This document shows, one piece after another, positions 1 to 9,052 of a DNA stretch of 32,000 nt (position 1 is its first letter; every line of letters begins with the position of its first letter). The notes below the pieces were generated by a model. The model was given only the letters and a program-made list of their open reading frames with translations. It did not search any database and was not told the origin of the DNA. The DNA lies in the NCBI GenBank assembly GCA_025340205.1, contig CP006868.1, positions 30,001-62,000 of the forward strand, in the 5' to 3' direction. The translations under genes and the position numbers were made by a program. The stretch is from Ignicoccus pacificus DSM 13166. GTDB taxonomy: Archaea > Thermoproteota > Thermoprotei_A > Sulfolobales > Ignicoccaceae.

Positions 1-240
1 GTGGCGACTCCGGTACATCCTCACTTCCTAAGAGTGCTACAAGTGATCAAAGAGCTTGGTAACTACGAGGACATAAGGGAGATAGTTAACAGGACTAGAC
101 TTACTTTAGGAATAGTGAAGGATGCCATAGTAGTTGCCAGAGAGGCAAAGCTCCTCGGAAGGAAGGACTTGACGGGCGAAGGAGAGCTGTTGCTCAAGGC
201 AGTGGAGGAGATACAGAAGCACGTAGAGGAATGGGCCTAA
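1..240 (+). CDS. hypothetical protein, 3' part of an ORF open to the window edge (helix-rich, possibly wHTH-like)
   Basis: Frame 1 is open from base 1 to TAA 238-240, so GTG at 1-3 may not be the true start. No family motif recognised. An oligo-T run (245-249) follows. Confidence 0.4.
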   Translation: MATPVHPHFLRVLQVIKELGNYEDIREIVNRTRLTLGIVKDAIVVAREAKLLGRKDLTGEGELLLKAVEEIQKHVEEWA

Positions 241-332
241 GTTCTTTTTCTTACCCTCTGGTCAAGTGCTCATACCTCATGAAGCTAAATTAATACTCAT
301 CCTTGCGCTAGTTAAATGGAGGGAGAAGCTCT

Positions 333-1745
333 TTGGCAGTCCAAATAAGGGGTAAAGAGTACGAGTCCGTCAGCGAGATCAGAGGCCAACTCCTAGTAGT
401 GGAGGGAGTGAGCGACGCCGGATATGGAGAGCTGGTAGACATCGAAATGCCAACTGGCGAGAAGAGGAGAGGGATAGTCCTCGAAACGGGAAGAGGACTA
501 GCAGTCGTCCAGGTGTTCGAAGGAACCACCGGAATCGCTCCTACTGGAACCAAGGTACGCTTCACTGGAAGGATCTTGGAGATGGGAGTCTCTGAGGAGA
601 TGTTAGGAAGAATAATGAACGCTCTCGGCGAGCCAATAGATGGAGGTGCTCCTATCAAGGCCGTAGAGAAGAGGAACGTTTGGGGAGAACCTATCAACCC
701 TTACGCTAGGGAATACCCCGACGAGTTCATTCAGACTGGAATAAGTGCCATAGACGGAATGAACTCTCTAGTAAGAGGTCAGAAGCTACCCATATTCTCC
801 GGTTCCGGACTTCCACACAACAAGTTGGCAGCTCAAATCGCTAGGCAAGCGACCGTTAGGGGCAAGGAGGAGTCTTTCGCAGTAGTGTTCGCCGCTATAG
901 GTATCCAATACGACGAGCTTCTGTTCTTCAAGAAAGCCTTCGAGGAGACTGGAGCCATTAGCAGGACTGCCATGTTCGTAAGCCTAGCTAACGAGCCTGC
1001 AATGATGAAGATAGTTACTCCGAGAGCCGCCCTAACCCTAGCGGAGTACTTAGCCTTCAACAAGGATATGCACGTTCTGGTCATCATCACTGACATGACC
1101 AACTACTGTGAGGCGCTAAGAGAGATCTCCGCTAGCAGAGAAGAGGTGCCCGGAAGGCAAGGATACCCGGGCTACATGTACACCGACTTGGCCACCATAT
1201 ACGAGAGAGCTGGAAGGGTGAAGGGTTCCAACGGCTCCATCACCCAAATGCCAATTCTCACCATGCCTAACGATGACATTACTCACCCCATCCCCGACCT
1301 AACCGGCTACATCACTGAGGGACAAATAGTGCTCTCCAGAGACTTGCACAACAAGGGTATCTATCCGCCCATTAACGTATTGATGAGCCTCTCCAGGCTG
1401 ATGAGGGACGGTATAGGTAAGGGTAAGACCAGAGAGGACCACCCCGATGTGGCTAACCAGCTCTACGCAGCCTATGCTAAGGCTGTAGATCTAAGGGGAC
1501 TAGCGGCGATAGTCGGTGAGGAGAGCCTCAGCGAGGTGGACAGGAAGTACTTAAGGTTCGGTGAAGCCTTCGAGAACAAGTTCCTGAGGCAAGACTACTA
1601 TGAGAACAGGAGTATCGAAGAGACCTTGGACCTAGCTTGGGAGATATTAGCTATATTGCCAGAGGAAGAGCTTACCAAGATAAGGCCGGAGTACATCAAG
1701 AAGTACCACCCCAAGTACAGAGCGGCCAAGAGCTTGAAGAAGTGA
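333..1745 (+). CDS. atpB: A/V-type ATP synthase subunit B
   Basis: 470 aa. Typical B-subunit blocks: KEY..V..I.G.LLVVEGV at the N-terminus, [15 protein letters not shown] (degenerate P-loop), [37 protein letters not shown] start with GGAGGG 9-14 nt upstream. Confidence 0.95.
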   Translation: MAVQIRGKEYESVSEIRGQLLVVEGVSDAGYGELVDIEMPTGEKRRGIVLETGRGLAVVQVFEGTTGIAPTGTKVRFTGRILEMGVSEEMLGRIMNALGEPIDGGAPIKAVEKRNVWGEPINPYAREYPDEFIQTGISAIDGMNSLVRGQKLPIFSGSGLPHNKLAAQIARQATVRGKEESFAVVFAAIGIQYDELLFFKKAFEETGAISRTAMFVSLANEPAMMKIVTPRAALTLAEYLAFNKDMHVLVIITDMTNYCEALREISASREEVPGRQGYPGYMYTDLATIYERAGRVKGSNGSITQMPILTMPNDDITHPIPDLTGYITEGQIVLSRDLHNKGIYPPINVLMSLSRLMRDGIGKGKTREDHPDVANQLYAAYAKAVDLRGLAAIVGEESLSEVDRKYLRFGEAFENKFLRQDYYENRSIEETLDLAWEILAILPEEELTKIRPEYIKKYHPKYRAAKSLKK

Positions 1746-1755
1746 GGGACCTAAG

Positions 1756-2397
1756 ATGAGCTTTCCTGGAGCTAAGAGAGTTCTTCCCACCAAGATCAAT
1801 TTAATTAGGCTCAAGCAGAGGCAAAAGGTAGTTAAGAAGATACAGAAGCTACTTGAGGATAAGAGAGATATACTTCTAATTTATCTGAGGAAGGCGATAG
1901 CAGAGTATCAGAAGTACTATGACGAGTACGCCGAACACTTGAGCAAGGCTCAAGAGTACTTGACACTGGCCTCAGTTCAAGCCGGATCCTTAGAAACCAA
2001 GCAAGAAGTGGTCTACATCCCTGAGTCCCTAAGAGTGAAGATGTTCATGAGAAGTGCGTTTGGTGTGAAGATACCTGTCGTGGAATTCGAGCTTAGTGAT
2101 GTTAAGGCGAATATATCCTTAGCAAATAGCTCTCCTTACTTGGACGCTGCAGCTGAGGAGATGCAGAAGGCGTTGAAGGCCCTCACCAAGGCTGTTAATG
2201 CAGAGATGAGTATGTATAGGATAATGAATGAGTTAAGGAGAACTCAGAGGTTGATAAACGCAATAAAGTACTCAGTGTTACCAGAAATACAGAGGAATAT
2301 TAAGTTCGTGAAGCAAGTGCTAGATGACAGACAGAGGGAGGAATTTATGAGATTAAAATTGATCCGTAAGAAGCTACAGAGCAGGAGGGTGGCGTAA
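1756..2397 (+). CDS. atpD: A/V-type ATP synthase subunit D (central stalk; gamma in Sulfolobus nomenclature)
   Basis: 213 aa coiled-coil protein. N-terminus VLPTKINLIRLKQRQKVVKKIQKLLEDKRDIL matches the subunit D signature (PT+..L..LK.+...A..G..LLK.KRD.L). Starts 10 nt after atpB. Confidence 0.85.
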   Translation: MSFPGAKRVLPTKINLIRLKQRQKVVKKIQKLLEDKRDILLIYLRKAIAEYQKYYDEYAEHLSKAQEYLTLASVQAGSLETKQEVVYIPESLRVKMFMRSAFGVKIPVVEFELSDVKANISLANSSPYLDAAAEEMQKALKALTKAVNAEMSMYRIMNELRRTQRLINAIKYSVLPEIQRNIKFVKQVLDDRQREEFMRLKLIRKKLQSRRVA

Positions 2398-2399
2398 CC

Positions 2400-2573
2400 A
2401 TGAGCGCGGAGCTACCTACCAAGGAGGAACTTCTCAACGAGATAAGGACGAAGATCGAAGCTGAGTACAGTGCCATGAAGACCAAATTAGAGAAGAGGGC
2501 TCAAGAGATTAAGCAGAATGGAAAGAAGAAGGTCGATGAGGTAGTATCTAAGGTACATTTTGGTACCAAGTAA
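2400..2573 (+). CDS. small charged helical protein, candidate minor A-ATPase subunit (epsilon/H-like)
   Basis: 57 codons, ATG 2 nt after the atpD stop and behind GGAGGGTGG. Product MSAELPTKEELLNEIRTKIEAEYSAMKTKLEKRAQEIKQNGKKKVDEVVSKVHFGTK. Not in the supplied ORF track (too short). Same position as the small subunit gene of the Sulfolobus ATPase operon. Confidence 0.45.
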   Translation: MSAELPTKEELLNEIRTKIEAEYSAMKTKLEKRAQEIKQNGKKKVDEVVSKVHFGTK

Positions 2574-2586
2574 GCGTTAGAAGTCC

Positions 2587-2594
2587 TTTTTATC
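2587..2594 (+). promoter_or_regulatory. TATA-like box upstream of atpK (possible internal promoter)
   Basis: tttttatc about 35-40 nt before GTG 2629, in the 55 nt gap after the small ORF. Confidence 0.3.
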
Positions 2595-2628
2595 TGGGTC
2601 AGTATCTCTCTCCCGGAGGTGCTAAGGC

Positions 2629-2961
2629 GTGAAGGGAAGCTTGATAACCAAGAAGGTTGCTAGAAGGCTAGTCCTATCCATGATATTCATCACCATGGTC
2701 ACCGCTGCTGTAGCCTTGGCTGCCGAACCAGCTGCTGCCGCCGGTATGGCCACCGGCCTTAAGGCAGTGGGTGCCGGACTGGCCCTGCTCGGTGGTACCG
2801 TCGGTGCCGGATACGCTCTCGGCACCACCGGTGCTGCCGGTATCGCCGTTATTAGTGAAAAGCCCGAGGAGTTCGGTAGAGTACTACTATTCATCGGTAT
2901 CGCCGAGACCCCGGCGATCTACGGAATCGCTATGGCAATAGTCATACTCTTCGCCATATAA
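2629..2961 (+). CDS. atpK: A/V-type ATP synthase proteolipid subunit c/K
   Basis: 110 aa. Gly/Ala-rich helical hairpin (GLKAVGAGLALLGGTVGAGYALGTTGAAGIAV) and ion-binding carboxylate context IGIAETPAIYG. GTG start preceded by GGAGGTG (2615-2621). Confidence 0.85.
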   Translation: MKGSLITKKVARRLVLSMIFITMVTAAVALAAEPAAAAGMATGLKAVGAGLALLGGTVGAGYALGTTGAAGIAVISEKPEEFGRVLLFIGIAETPAIYGIAMAIVILFAI

Positions 2962-2967
2962 CAAGGG

Positions 2968-2978
2968 TTTTTTATATA
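2968..2978 (+). promoter_or_regulatory. oligo-T terminator of the atp genes merged with a TATA-like box for hemL
   Basis: ttttttatata starts 7 nt after the atpK stop and lies about 50 nt before hemL GTG 3025. Confidence 0.35.
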
Positions 2979-3024
2979 GTGAGATCGCTAACTTGATAGT
3001 CCCGCCCCTTTACCTAACCTCCGG

Positions 3025-4302
3025 TGGTCTATCCTGAAGAGTTCTAAGGAGCTATTTGAGATCGCTAAGGAACTATTCCCTGGAGGAGTGAACAGTCCCA
3101 TAAGGGCAGCCGTCAAACCCTACCCCTTCTATGTAAGATCTGCGGATGGTCCCTACCTTAGAACTGTTGAGGGAGAAGAGCTCATCGATTATGTTCTTGG
3201 TTATGGGCCTCTAATACTTGGTCATAGACATCCTCAAGTAAGAAAGGCTGTGGAAGAGCAACTCGAAAAGGATTGGCTCTATGGAACCCCTTATGAACTC
3301 GAGATAGAGCTAGCCAAGAAGATAATCTCACACTATCCTTCTATTGATATGATAAGGTTCGTTAACTCCGGAACTGAGGCGACTATGGCTGCTATAAGGC
3401 TGGCTAGAGGATATACTGGAAGAAAGAAGATCATCAAGTTCGATGGTTGCTATCACGGAGCCCATGATGCGGTACTCGTGAAGGCGGGAAGTGCAGTTTC
3501 CCATTATGGCTTACCTGGCTCCGCTGGTGTGCCAGAGGAGGTGAGTAAGCTAACGTTAGTGGTACCCTTTAACGACGTTGAGACCGTTGAGAAGGTAGCA
3601 AAGGAGAATCAAGACGATCTGGCCGCTATAATAGTTGAACCCGTCATGGGCAACGCTGGGGTAATACTACCTAAGGAAGGCTTCTTGAAAGAGCTAAGGA
3701 GGATAGCAGACGAAACCGGCGCCGTTCTAATCTTCGATGAAGTCATCACTGGTTATAGGCTTGGAATAGGAGGAGCGCAAGTAAGATTCAACGTCGTTCC
3801 AGACCTAACCACTCTCGGAAAGATCATAGGAGGAGGATTCCCAGTTGGAGCCCTTGGAGGCAAGAGGGAGATCATGGAGAAGCTCACTCCCACGGGTCCG
3901 GTGTTCAATGCCGGAACGTTCAACGCTCATCCGGTAACCATGGCGGCAGGTCTAGCAACGATAAAGGAATTGGAGAGAGGATATGTCTATGAGATAGCTA
4001 ACAAGGCCGCTGAGAGCATCGTTAAGGTATTGGAGCAGGAGGCAGTAAGTAAGTTCGGAGGCGTTGTAAACAGCATTGCGAGCATGTTCCAATGGTTCCC
4101 TAAAGCTGAGAAGGTCGAGAACTACGCCGACGCTCAGAAGGCCGACAAGAACCTCTCCTTGAGATTACACGAGGAGTTACTGAAGAGAGGAGTGTTCATT
4201 GCACCGAGTATGTTCGAGGCTTGGTTCACCTCTGCTGCGCACACGAAGGACGTAGTAGAGAGGACAATAGAGGCCATAACTGAGGCACTCAAGGTGCTTT
4301 GA
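3025..4302 (+). CDS. hemL: glutamate-1-semialdehyde 2,1-aminomutase
   Basis: Class III aminotransferase with GTEATMAAIRLARGYTGR and PLP-lysine block TLGKIIGGGFPVGA. The track start at 3088 cuts off the conserved N-terminus (KSSKELFEIAKELFPGGVNSP). The in-frame GTG at 3025 is the first start after the TAA at 2989-2991. Confidence 0.9.
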   Translation, partial: WSILKSSKELFEIAKELFPGGVNSPIRAAVKPYPFYVRSADGPYLRTVEGEELIDYVLGYGPLILGHRHPQVRKAVEEQLEKDWLYGTPYELEIELAKKIISHYPSIDMIRFVNSGTEATMAAIRLARGYTGRKKIIKFDGCYHGAHDAVLVKAGSAVSHYGLPGSAGVPEEVSKLTLVVPFNDVETVEKVAKENQDDLAAIIVEPVMGNAGVILPKEGFLKELRRIADETGAVLIFDEVITGYRLGIGGAQVRFNVVPDLTTLGKIIGGGFPVGALGGKREIMEKLTPTGPVFNAGTFNAHPVTMAAGLATIKELERGYVYEIANKAAESIVKVLEQEAVSKFGGVVNSIASMFQWFPKAEKVENYADAQKADKNLSLRLHEELLKRGVFIAPSMFEAWFTSAAHTKDVVERTIEAITEALKVL

Positions 4303-5213
4303 AATTGAGGATAAGAATAGCGGCCAGGGGAAGCAAACTCAGTCTTAAACAAGTGGAGATGTTCAAAGAATACGTCATGAAGTACCTAGATGTATCTTTT
4401 GACTTACTAACCGTTAAGACGTCTGGCGACAAGTTCACATTACCCTTTGAGGAATTAGCTAAGAAAGGATACGTAGGCCTCTTCGAGAAAGAGGTGAACA
4501 AGGCCGTCTTAGAGGGAAGGGCTGATGTGGCAGTACATTCCCTCAAGGACTTGAGCACGTCGATGCATCCCGACTTGGAGATAGTCCTTTTCTTACCGAG
4601 AGATCCGCCTTACGACGTCTTGGTGTCTAGAAACGGAAAAGGACTAATGGAACTAGAACCGGGATCCATAGTAGGTACCTCTTCAGCTAGGAGAAAAGCA
4701 TTAATTATGAACCTTAGGCCTGACCTTAAGGTTAAGGACTTGAGAGGTAACGTGGATACGAGGTTAAGGAAGCTTAGGGAGGGCCAATATGATGCAATAA
4801 TACTAGCTGAAGCAGGCCTAGTTCGACTTGGAATGCAAGAGAGCTACGAAAGGCTCGATTGGAGATATTTTCCTCCTTCTCCCGGCCAAGGTATCGTCGT
4901 AGCAGTAGCTAAGAAGGACACAGAGATCGCAAGTATGTTGAAGGAAATAAGCGATAAGAACTCTGAAATAATGGCCCGCGCTGAGAGGGCCGTGTTAAGG
5001 GCCTTTGGCGGAGGTTGTCACGTGCCCTTAGGAGCAATCTCATTCCTAAGAGATGGTATCTTAAGGATTAGAGCCACGACGCTAACTCTGAAAGGCGAAT
5101 ATAGAGTTGACTTAGAAGCTCTGACGGAGCCATCAGATGCTGAGAAGATCGGATATAAGCTAGGTGAAGAGTTGAAATCGGCGATGAGGTCTACGGTGGG
5201 TTCCGAGCAGTGA
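4299..5213 (+). CDS. hemC: hydroxymethylbilane synthase (porphobilinogen deaminase)
   Basis: 304 aa. Motifs AARGSKLSLKQ, GNVDTRLRKL and cofactor cysteine block GGCHVPLGA. TTG start overlaps the hemL TGA (TTGA, 4299-4302). Confidence 0.9.
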   Translation: MKLRIRIAARGSKLSLKQVEMFKEYVMKYLDVSFDLLTVKTSGDKFTLPFEELAKKGYVGLFEKEVNKAVLEGRADVAVHSLKDLSTSMHPDLEIVLFLPRDPPYDVLVSRNGKGLMELEPGSIVGTSSARRKALIMNLRPDLKVKDLRGNVDTRLRKLREGQYDAIILAEAGLVRLGMQESYERLDWRYFPPSPGQGIVVAVAKKDTEIASMLKEISDKNSEIMARAERAVLRAFGGGCHVPLGAISFLRDGILRIRATTLTLKGEYRVDLEALTEPSDAEKIGYKLGEELKSAMRSTVGSEQ

Positions 5214-5282
5214 GGACGTTCGCTAGGGCCGAGCCCTCGGTAAGGCCAATCACAGTCATCGAATCCTCCTGACGTGCATTCC

Positions 5283-5855
5283 TCATTGGGAGCTCATGAA
5301 CGCTACTAGGGGTAGTAGTCTCCAGAACTCCTCCTTTAGTCCTACGAGGGCCTCTTTTCCGTTTATTATTACTCCTCCCTTTGATCCACAAGATGCTATC
5401 TCTAATCCTTTACCTTCGAAACCCTCGCATTTAATGCCCTCTTCCAAGGCTATTGCTGAAGGGTGCCATCCTCTCTTTAATGAGAGGAAGCTTTCAATGC
5501 CATTCATCGAAACGATTTCAGCAACTCCTTCTCCTATCGAGAACCCAGCTCTTTTAACTATATCAAGCATTGTGTAGGGAACCTCTTTAATCTTCCAGCT
5601 TATCCTAGATCCCTTGAACCAAAAGTATTCTGTTATGATACAAGAATATTCTAATAGTTCATCGTTTTCTCCATATGTTAATAAGGAGCCCGGGTTCAAG
5701 CTCAATAATATCTTCTCGTTTCTACATACAGCTTTCACCACTACGGGTTCGTAAAGTAAGAAGGTGTCCGCTCCAGAGACTAGTGCATAGTATTTCTCTT
5801 TAAGTTGAAAGAACGCTGAGGAAGGGAGAGTTAGGAGGCCCGGCTCGCCCTTCAA
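5283..5855 (-). CDS. hypothetical protein (190 aa)
   Basis: Long ORF in good coding context. I prefer the TTG at 5855, which overlaps the upstream gene's TGA (TTGA), over the GTG at 5912, which would overlap that gene by 61 nt. No family recognised. Confidence 0.55.
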   Translation of the reverse strand: MKGEPGLLTLPSSAFFQLKEKYYALVSGADTFLLYEPVVVKAVCRNEKILLSLNPGSLLTYGENDELLEYSCIITEYFWFKGSRISWKIKEVPYTMLDIVKRAGFSIGEGVAEIVSMNGIESFLSLKRGWHPSAIALEEGIKCEGFEGKGLEIASCGSKGGVIINGKEALVGLKEEFWRLLPLVAFMSSQ

Positions 5856-6208
5856 AGCTCCTCCACCTCGATGAAGAAAGGAACTTCTTGAAGGTCTATT
5901 ATAGGCACGCACACGGCGTTGCTGATAACGTGATCTGAATAAGATAGCTCTTCTCCTTTCTCCCCCTTCTTTAATATTAAGTACTTGCCTTTGTCCTCAC
6001 AAGTAGTATAGTAGAACAGCGGTATACCGTAGTACTTGTAATAGTCTTTGAGAACGCTTAGTACTCCACAGAAATGCTTACCCTTTGCTTCGAAACGGAG
6101 TATATAAGCGCCCTTACCTAGAACCAAGTACGTGGCGACAAGTCTAGCCAGACTCTCTACGTCCTTTACCTTAATCAACTTAGCTCTTTTCAGTTCCTCC
6201 CTCTCCAA
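5852..6208 (-). CDS. hypothetical protein (118 aa)
   Basis: ATG ORF, Lys/Glu/Tyr-rich, translationally coupled to the downstream 190 aa ORF. No family recognised. Confidence 0.55.
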   Translation of the reverse strand: MEREELKRAKLIKVKDVESLARLVATYLVLGKGAYILRFEAKGKHFCGVLSVLKDYYKYYGIPLFYYTTCEDKGKYLILKKGEKGEELSYSDHVISNAVCVPIIDLQEVPFFIEVEEL

Positions 6209-6229
6209 ACTCCACTCCGCTAGGGAGCT

Positions 6230-6634
6230 CTATGGAACTATTTCATAAATGCATCCCTTTGCATCGCACTTGATCAGCGCTCTGAGGTTGCATGGACAGG
6301 TTAAGTAGAGGGTGACGCTGTTTTCGACCCTTTTCACGCCCTTCGGCTTGCAGCCGTGCTTCTCCAAGGCATCCAACATATCTCCAACTCTCACCTTGGT
6401 CTTTCTTGGAACAGCATCTGCTAAGATCTTCTCGTTGGGTACACAGAGCTCTGCTTCAAGCTCCTCAGGAGTTAACCTATGGTATCTGAAGTACGCTTGC
6501 GGCTTACACTTTGGTAAATTGGGATCGTCTATCCTTACCCTGTACTTCAAACAGAACTTAGCTATATCAGAATAGTAAATACATTCTAGGCAATTAGAAG
6601 CATCCTTCGGAAGCTTATAGCGCGGAGTTTTCAC
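6230..6634 (-). CDS. cysteine-rich hypothetical protein (134 aa, 10 Cys, CxxC and CPC motifs)
   Basis: GTG ORF. N-terminal CLEC..(9)..C..(14)..C and C-terminal CPC..(7)..C..(4)..C suggest metal/Fe-S or Zn binding. First gene of a 3-gene minus-strand run. Confidence 0.5.
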   Translation of the reverse strand: MKTPRYKLPKDASNCLECIYYSDIAKFCLKYRVRIDDPNLPKCKPQAYFRYHRLTPEELEAELCVPNEKILADAVPRKTKVRVGDMLDALEKHGCKPKGVKRVENSVTLYLTCPCNLRALIKCDAKGCIYEIVP

Positions 6635-6673
6635 TACTATACCCCTTTCGTAGAACTCAAGAGCGGTGAAAAC

Positions 6674-7327
6674 TTGAGCGCCCCGATAATCTCCCTTGAC
6701 GAACTAACACAAGAGGACGGTGAGTTCTTGGTGAGAACTGCCAGGGAGGCCATAGAGACCTATCTAACTACAGGAAAGATCGTAGTTCCTGAAGCTCCGG
6801 AAAAGCTGAAGAAGCTGGGAGCGGCCTTCGTCACCCTCTTAACGTATCCTGAGAGACAGCTGAGGGGATGTATAGGTTACGTCGAACCAATAAAGCCTCT
6901 GATAGAGACGGTCGTGGACGTAGCTATAGCGGCGGCGACCAATGATCCCCGATTCTACCCCGTCTCGCCAGAGGAAATGGATAACATAGTTGTAGAGGTG
7001 AGCGTGCTGGGCGATCACCAACTCTTCAGACCGGCGAAGACTGTTCTCCCCTATATCGAGATCGGAAAGACGGGATTGATCATCAGAAGAGGACCGTTTT
7101 CCGGAGTACTTCTTCCCGAGGTGCCGGTAGAGTACTGCTGGGATCCGGAGACCTTCATTGCCGAAACTTGCGTCAAGGCCGGTCTAGCTCCCGACTGCTG
7201 GCTCTATGATGATACTGAGGTGATTTTGTATAGAGGAAGAACTTGGACCGAGGTAGAACCTAGAGGTAGGGTGATCGAGAGAGATCTGGTAAAGGAATAC
7301 GAGGAGAGATGCCTCAAAGGAGGTTAA
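6674..7327 (+). CDS. AMMECR1 domain protein
   Basis: 217 aa with the family signature LRGCIGYVEP...DPRF and the expected size. TTG start. Confidence 0.85.
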   Translation: MSAPIISLDELTQEDGEFLVRTAREAIETYLTTGKIVVPEAPEKLKKLGAAFVTLLTYPERQLRGCIGYVEPIKPLIETVVDVAIAAATNDPRFYPVSPEEMDNIVVEVSVLGDHQLFRPAKTVLPYIEIGKTGLIIRRGPFSGVLLPEVPVEYCWDPETFIAETCVKAGLAPDCWLYDDTEVILYRGRTWTEVEPRGRVIERDLVKEYEERCLKGG

Positions 7328-7364
7328 AAATAGCCTTTCACGGTCCTCGTGGCGGTGATCGGAA

Positions 7365-7592
7365 GTGCCGGTTCTATTGCAGAGCTTTGAGGAGCTAGAC
7401 AAGAGGGTGCTCTCACAACCAAACAAGAACGTGGTTAGATGTAAGGTAACTAAGGGAGCCGAGAAGAGCAAGGTAAAAGTGATAACTTCCAGAAGGATGT
7501 ATGTGATAATAATCCCTACCGAGAAGCTCGATGAAGTGTTAAACGCCATCAAGGAAAAAACTGGCTGTGAGAACGTGGAGATATACGAGTAA
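7365..7592 (+). CDS. rpl38e: 50S ribosomal protein L38e
   Basis: 75 aa. KVKVITSRRMYVIIIPTEKLDEVL aligns by eye with eukaryotic L38 [24 protein letters not shown]. A TATA-like ttaaaaata (7324-7332) lies upstream. Confidence 0.65.
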   Translation: MPVLLQSFEELDKRVLSQPNKNVVRCKVTKGAEKSKVKVITSRRMYVIIIPTEKLDEVLNAIKEKTGCENVEIYE

Positions 7593-7594
7593 CT

Positions 7595-8884
7595 TCAAAC
7601 TTCTATTTTTAGAGTTTCCAAGGGTCTCGGTACATGTGCTTCTATTCCCGTCTCTTCTTCGACCCTCTTTGCGAACTCTAGTGCTGTGCTCTCTTCTGAG
7701 TGAACGACTATTACCTTCTTCAAGTTTTTGATAGATTTTATTATTTGAATTAACTCGCTTGCTCCGGCATGACTCGAGAAGTCAAACCACTCCAATCTGG
7801 GCTTGAATGGCTCTGAGTCGGGTTCTAACTTACCCTCTTCTATGAGCCTTCTACCCGGGGTTCCCGGCGCTTGGAACGACACCAAGAACGTAGCCGCTCT
7901 GGGGTTTCCTTGGAGCTTCCTAGCATAATATAACGAGGGTCCTCCCCTAAGCATTCCGGCCGATGCGATGATTACGCCCCTTCTCCTCCACGCGTTCTTT
8001 CGGTCATTCCAACCTCTGACTATTCTAGCGTTCTCATAGGCCCTTTCCAACAGCTCTGGGTTTCTGAGAGCGAACTTGTTTTCGCTCTGAAGAAGTAGCT
8101 CTGTAACACCTCTTACCATTCCATCTAGGTATATAGGAGCATCGATACCTCTCTCTTCGAGTATTGAGAGGACCTCTTGACTCCTCCCTACGCTGAAAGC
8201 TGGAATTAACACGGTCCCTCCTTGATCTAGAACCTCTTCTACATCGCTAACGAATAGAGCTTCGACATCTTCTCTGCGGGGATGGTCGGCCTTTCCGTAA
8301 GTTGCTTCGATAATCAATACGTCTGCCTCCAAGCCTTCTAAGTCAGCACCTCTGAGCAGCTTAGTCTCGCTCACCCTTACGTCTCCCGTGTATAACACTT
8401 TGACTCCATCAGGCATTTCCACCTTTACCATTGCACTTCCCGGGATATGACCTGCGTCGTAAAAGGTCAGAGCGGCCTCACCAGCCTCAGGTATCGAGAG
8501 CTCCCTGCGATACCTCACCAACCTCGTGCTGGAAAGAGCCTCCTTGACTTCGGTGTGACCGAAGGGTACGTAGTATCCAGAGAGCTTCAAGAAGTCGTTT
8601 AACAATATCCCCATTAGATCTCTAGTCACCCTAGTCAAGTATAATGGTCTTTTGATAGCGCTGTAGAGTAATGGTATCGCTCCGCTGTGATCTAGGTGGG
8701 CATGGCTCAGGATTATCGCATCTATGGATTTCGGCGATACGTGTTCGGGAAGTATAGGTCTGTCCTCTTCATCGAAGCTCACTCCGTAATCTAACAATAG
8801 CTTCGCCTTACTGTCCTTTACCAAGTAGGCAGCTCTACCTACCTCTCTCGCACCTCCCAAAAACGTTATCTCAACCGATGCCAT
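7595..8884 (-). CDS. beta-CASP metallo-beta-lactamase ribonuclease (aCPSF2-type, no KH domains)
   Basis: 429 aa. HAHLDHSG motif, later DAGHIPGS, beta-CASP motif B FSSHAG and motif C VVHSEE. Confidence 0.85.
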   Translation of the reverse strand: MASVEITFLGGAREVGRAAYLVKDSKAKLLLDYGVSFDEEDRPILPEHVSPKSIDAIILSHAHLDHSGAIPLLYSAIKRPLYLTRVTRDLMGILLNDFLKLSGYYVPFGHTEVKEALSSTRLVRYRRELSIPEAGEAALTFYDAGHIPGSAMVKVEMPDGVKVLYTGDVRVSETKLLRGADLEGLEADVLIIEATYGKADHPRREDVEALFVSDVEEVLDQGGTVLIPAFSVGRSQEVLSILEERGIDAPIYLDGMVRGVTELLLQSENKFALRNPELLERAYENARIVRGWNDRKNAWRRRGVIIASAGMLRGGPSLYYARKLQGNPRAATFLVSFQAPGTPGRRLIEEGKLEPDSEPFKPRLEWFDFSSHAGASELIQIIKSIKNLKKVIVVHSEESTALEFAKRVEEETGIEAHVPRPLETLKIEV

Positions 8885-9052
8885 GATTACACACCACCAT
8901 GCTTATCTATACCCGCTCAGGGTGTCAGAAAGGAGCAATATAAGGGGAGACGCTAATCGCTATACTCTCCTGCACCTCTAAATATGCTAAAGATCCGAAC
9001 GCCCTATCTCCATTAAATCCTCCCACTCCCACTTACCCTCGGTGTATTCAAG

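Noticed and set aside
308-1102. Track ORFs 308..697(-) and 833..1102(-), antisense to atpB
   Set aside because: They lie entirely inside, and antisense to, a very well supported atpB reading frame. Their composition is low-complexity (Ser/Pro/Leu/Ile-rich) with no motifs. They look like typical shadow ORFs.
2622-2894. 90 aa ORF on the minus strand opposite atpK
   Set aside because: The Ala/Pro-rich translation is the mirror of the GCN/GGN-rich proteolipid gene. The plus-strand product has the conserved proteolipid hairpin and carboxylate.
5856-5912. Longer 209 aa version of the 5283 minus-strand ORF, starting at GTG 5912
   Set aside because: It would overlap the upstream 118 aa gene by 61 nt. 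The TTG at 5855 forms a TTGA stop/start overlap like the hemL/hemC junction. A frameshifted single gene cannot be fully excluded, but I saw no slippery run.
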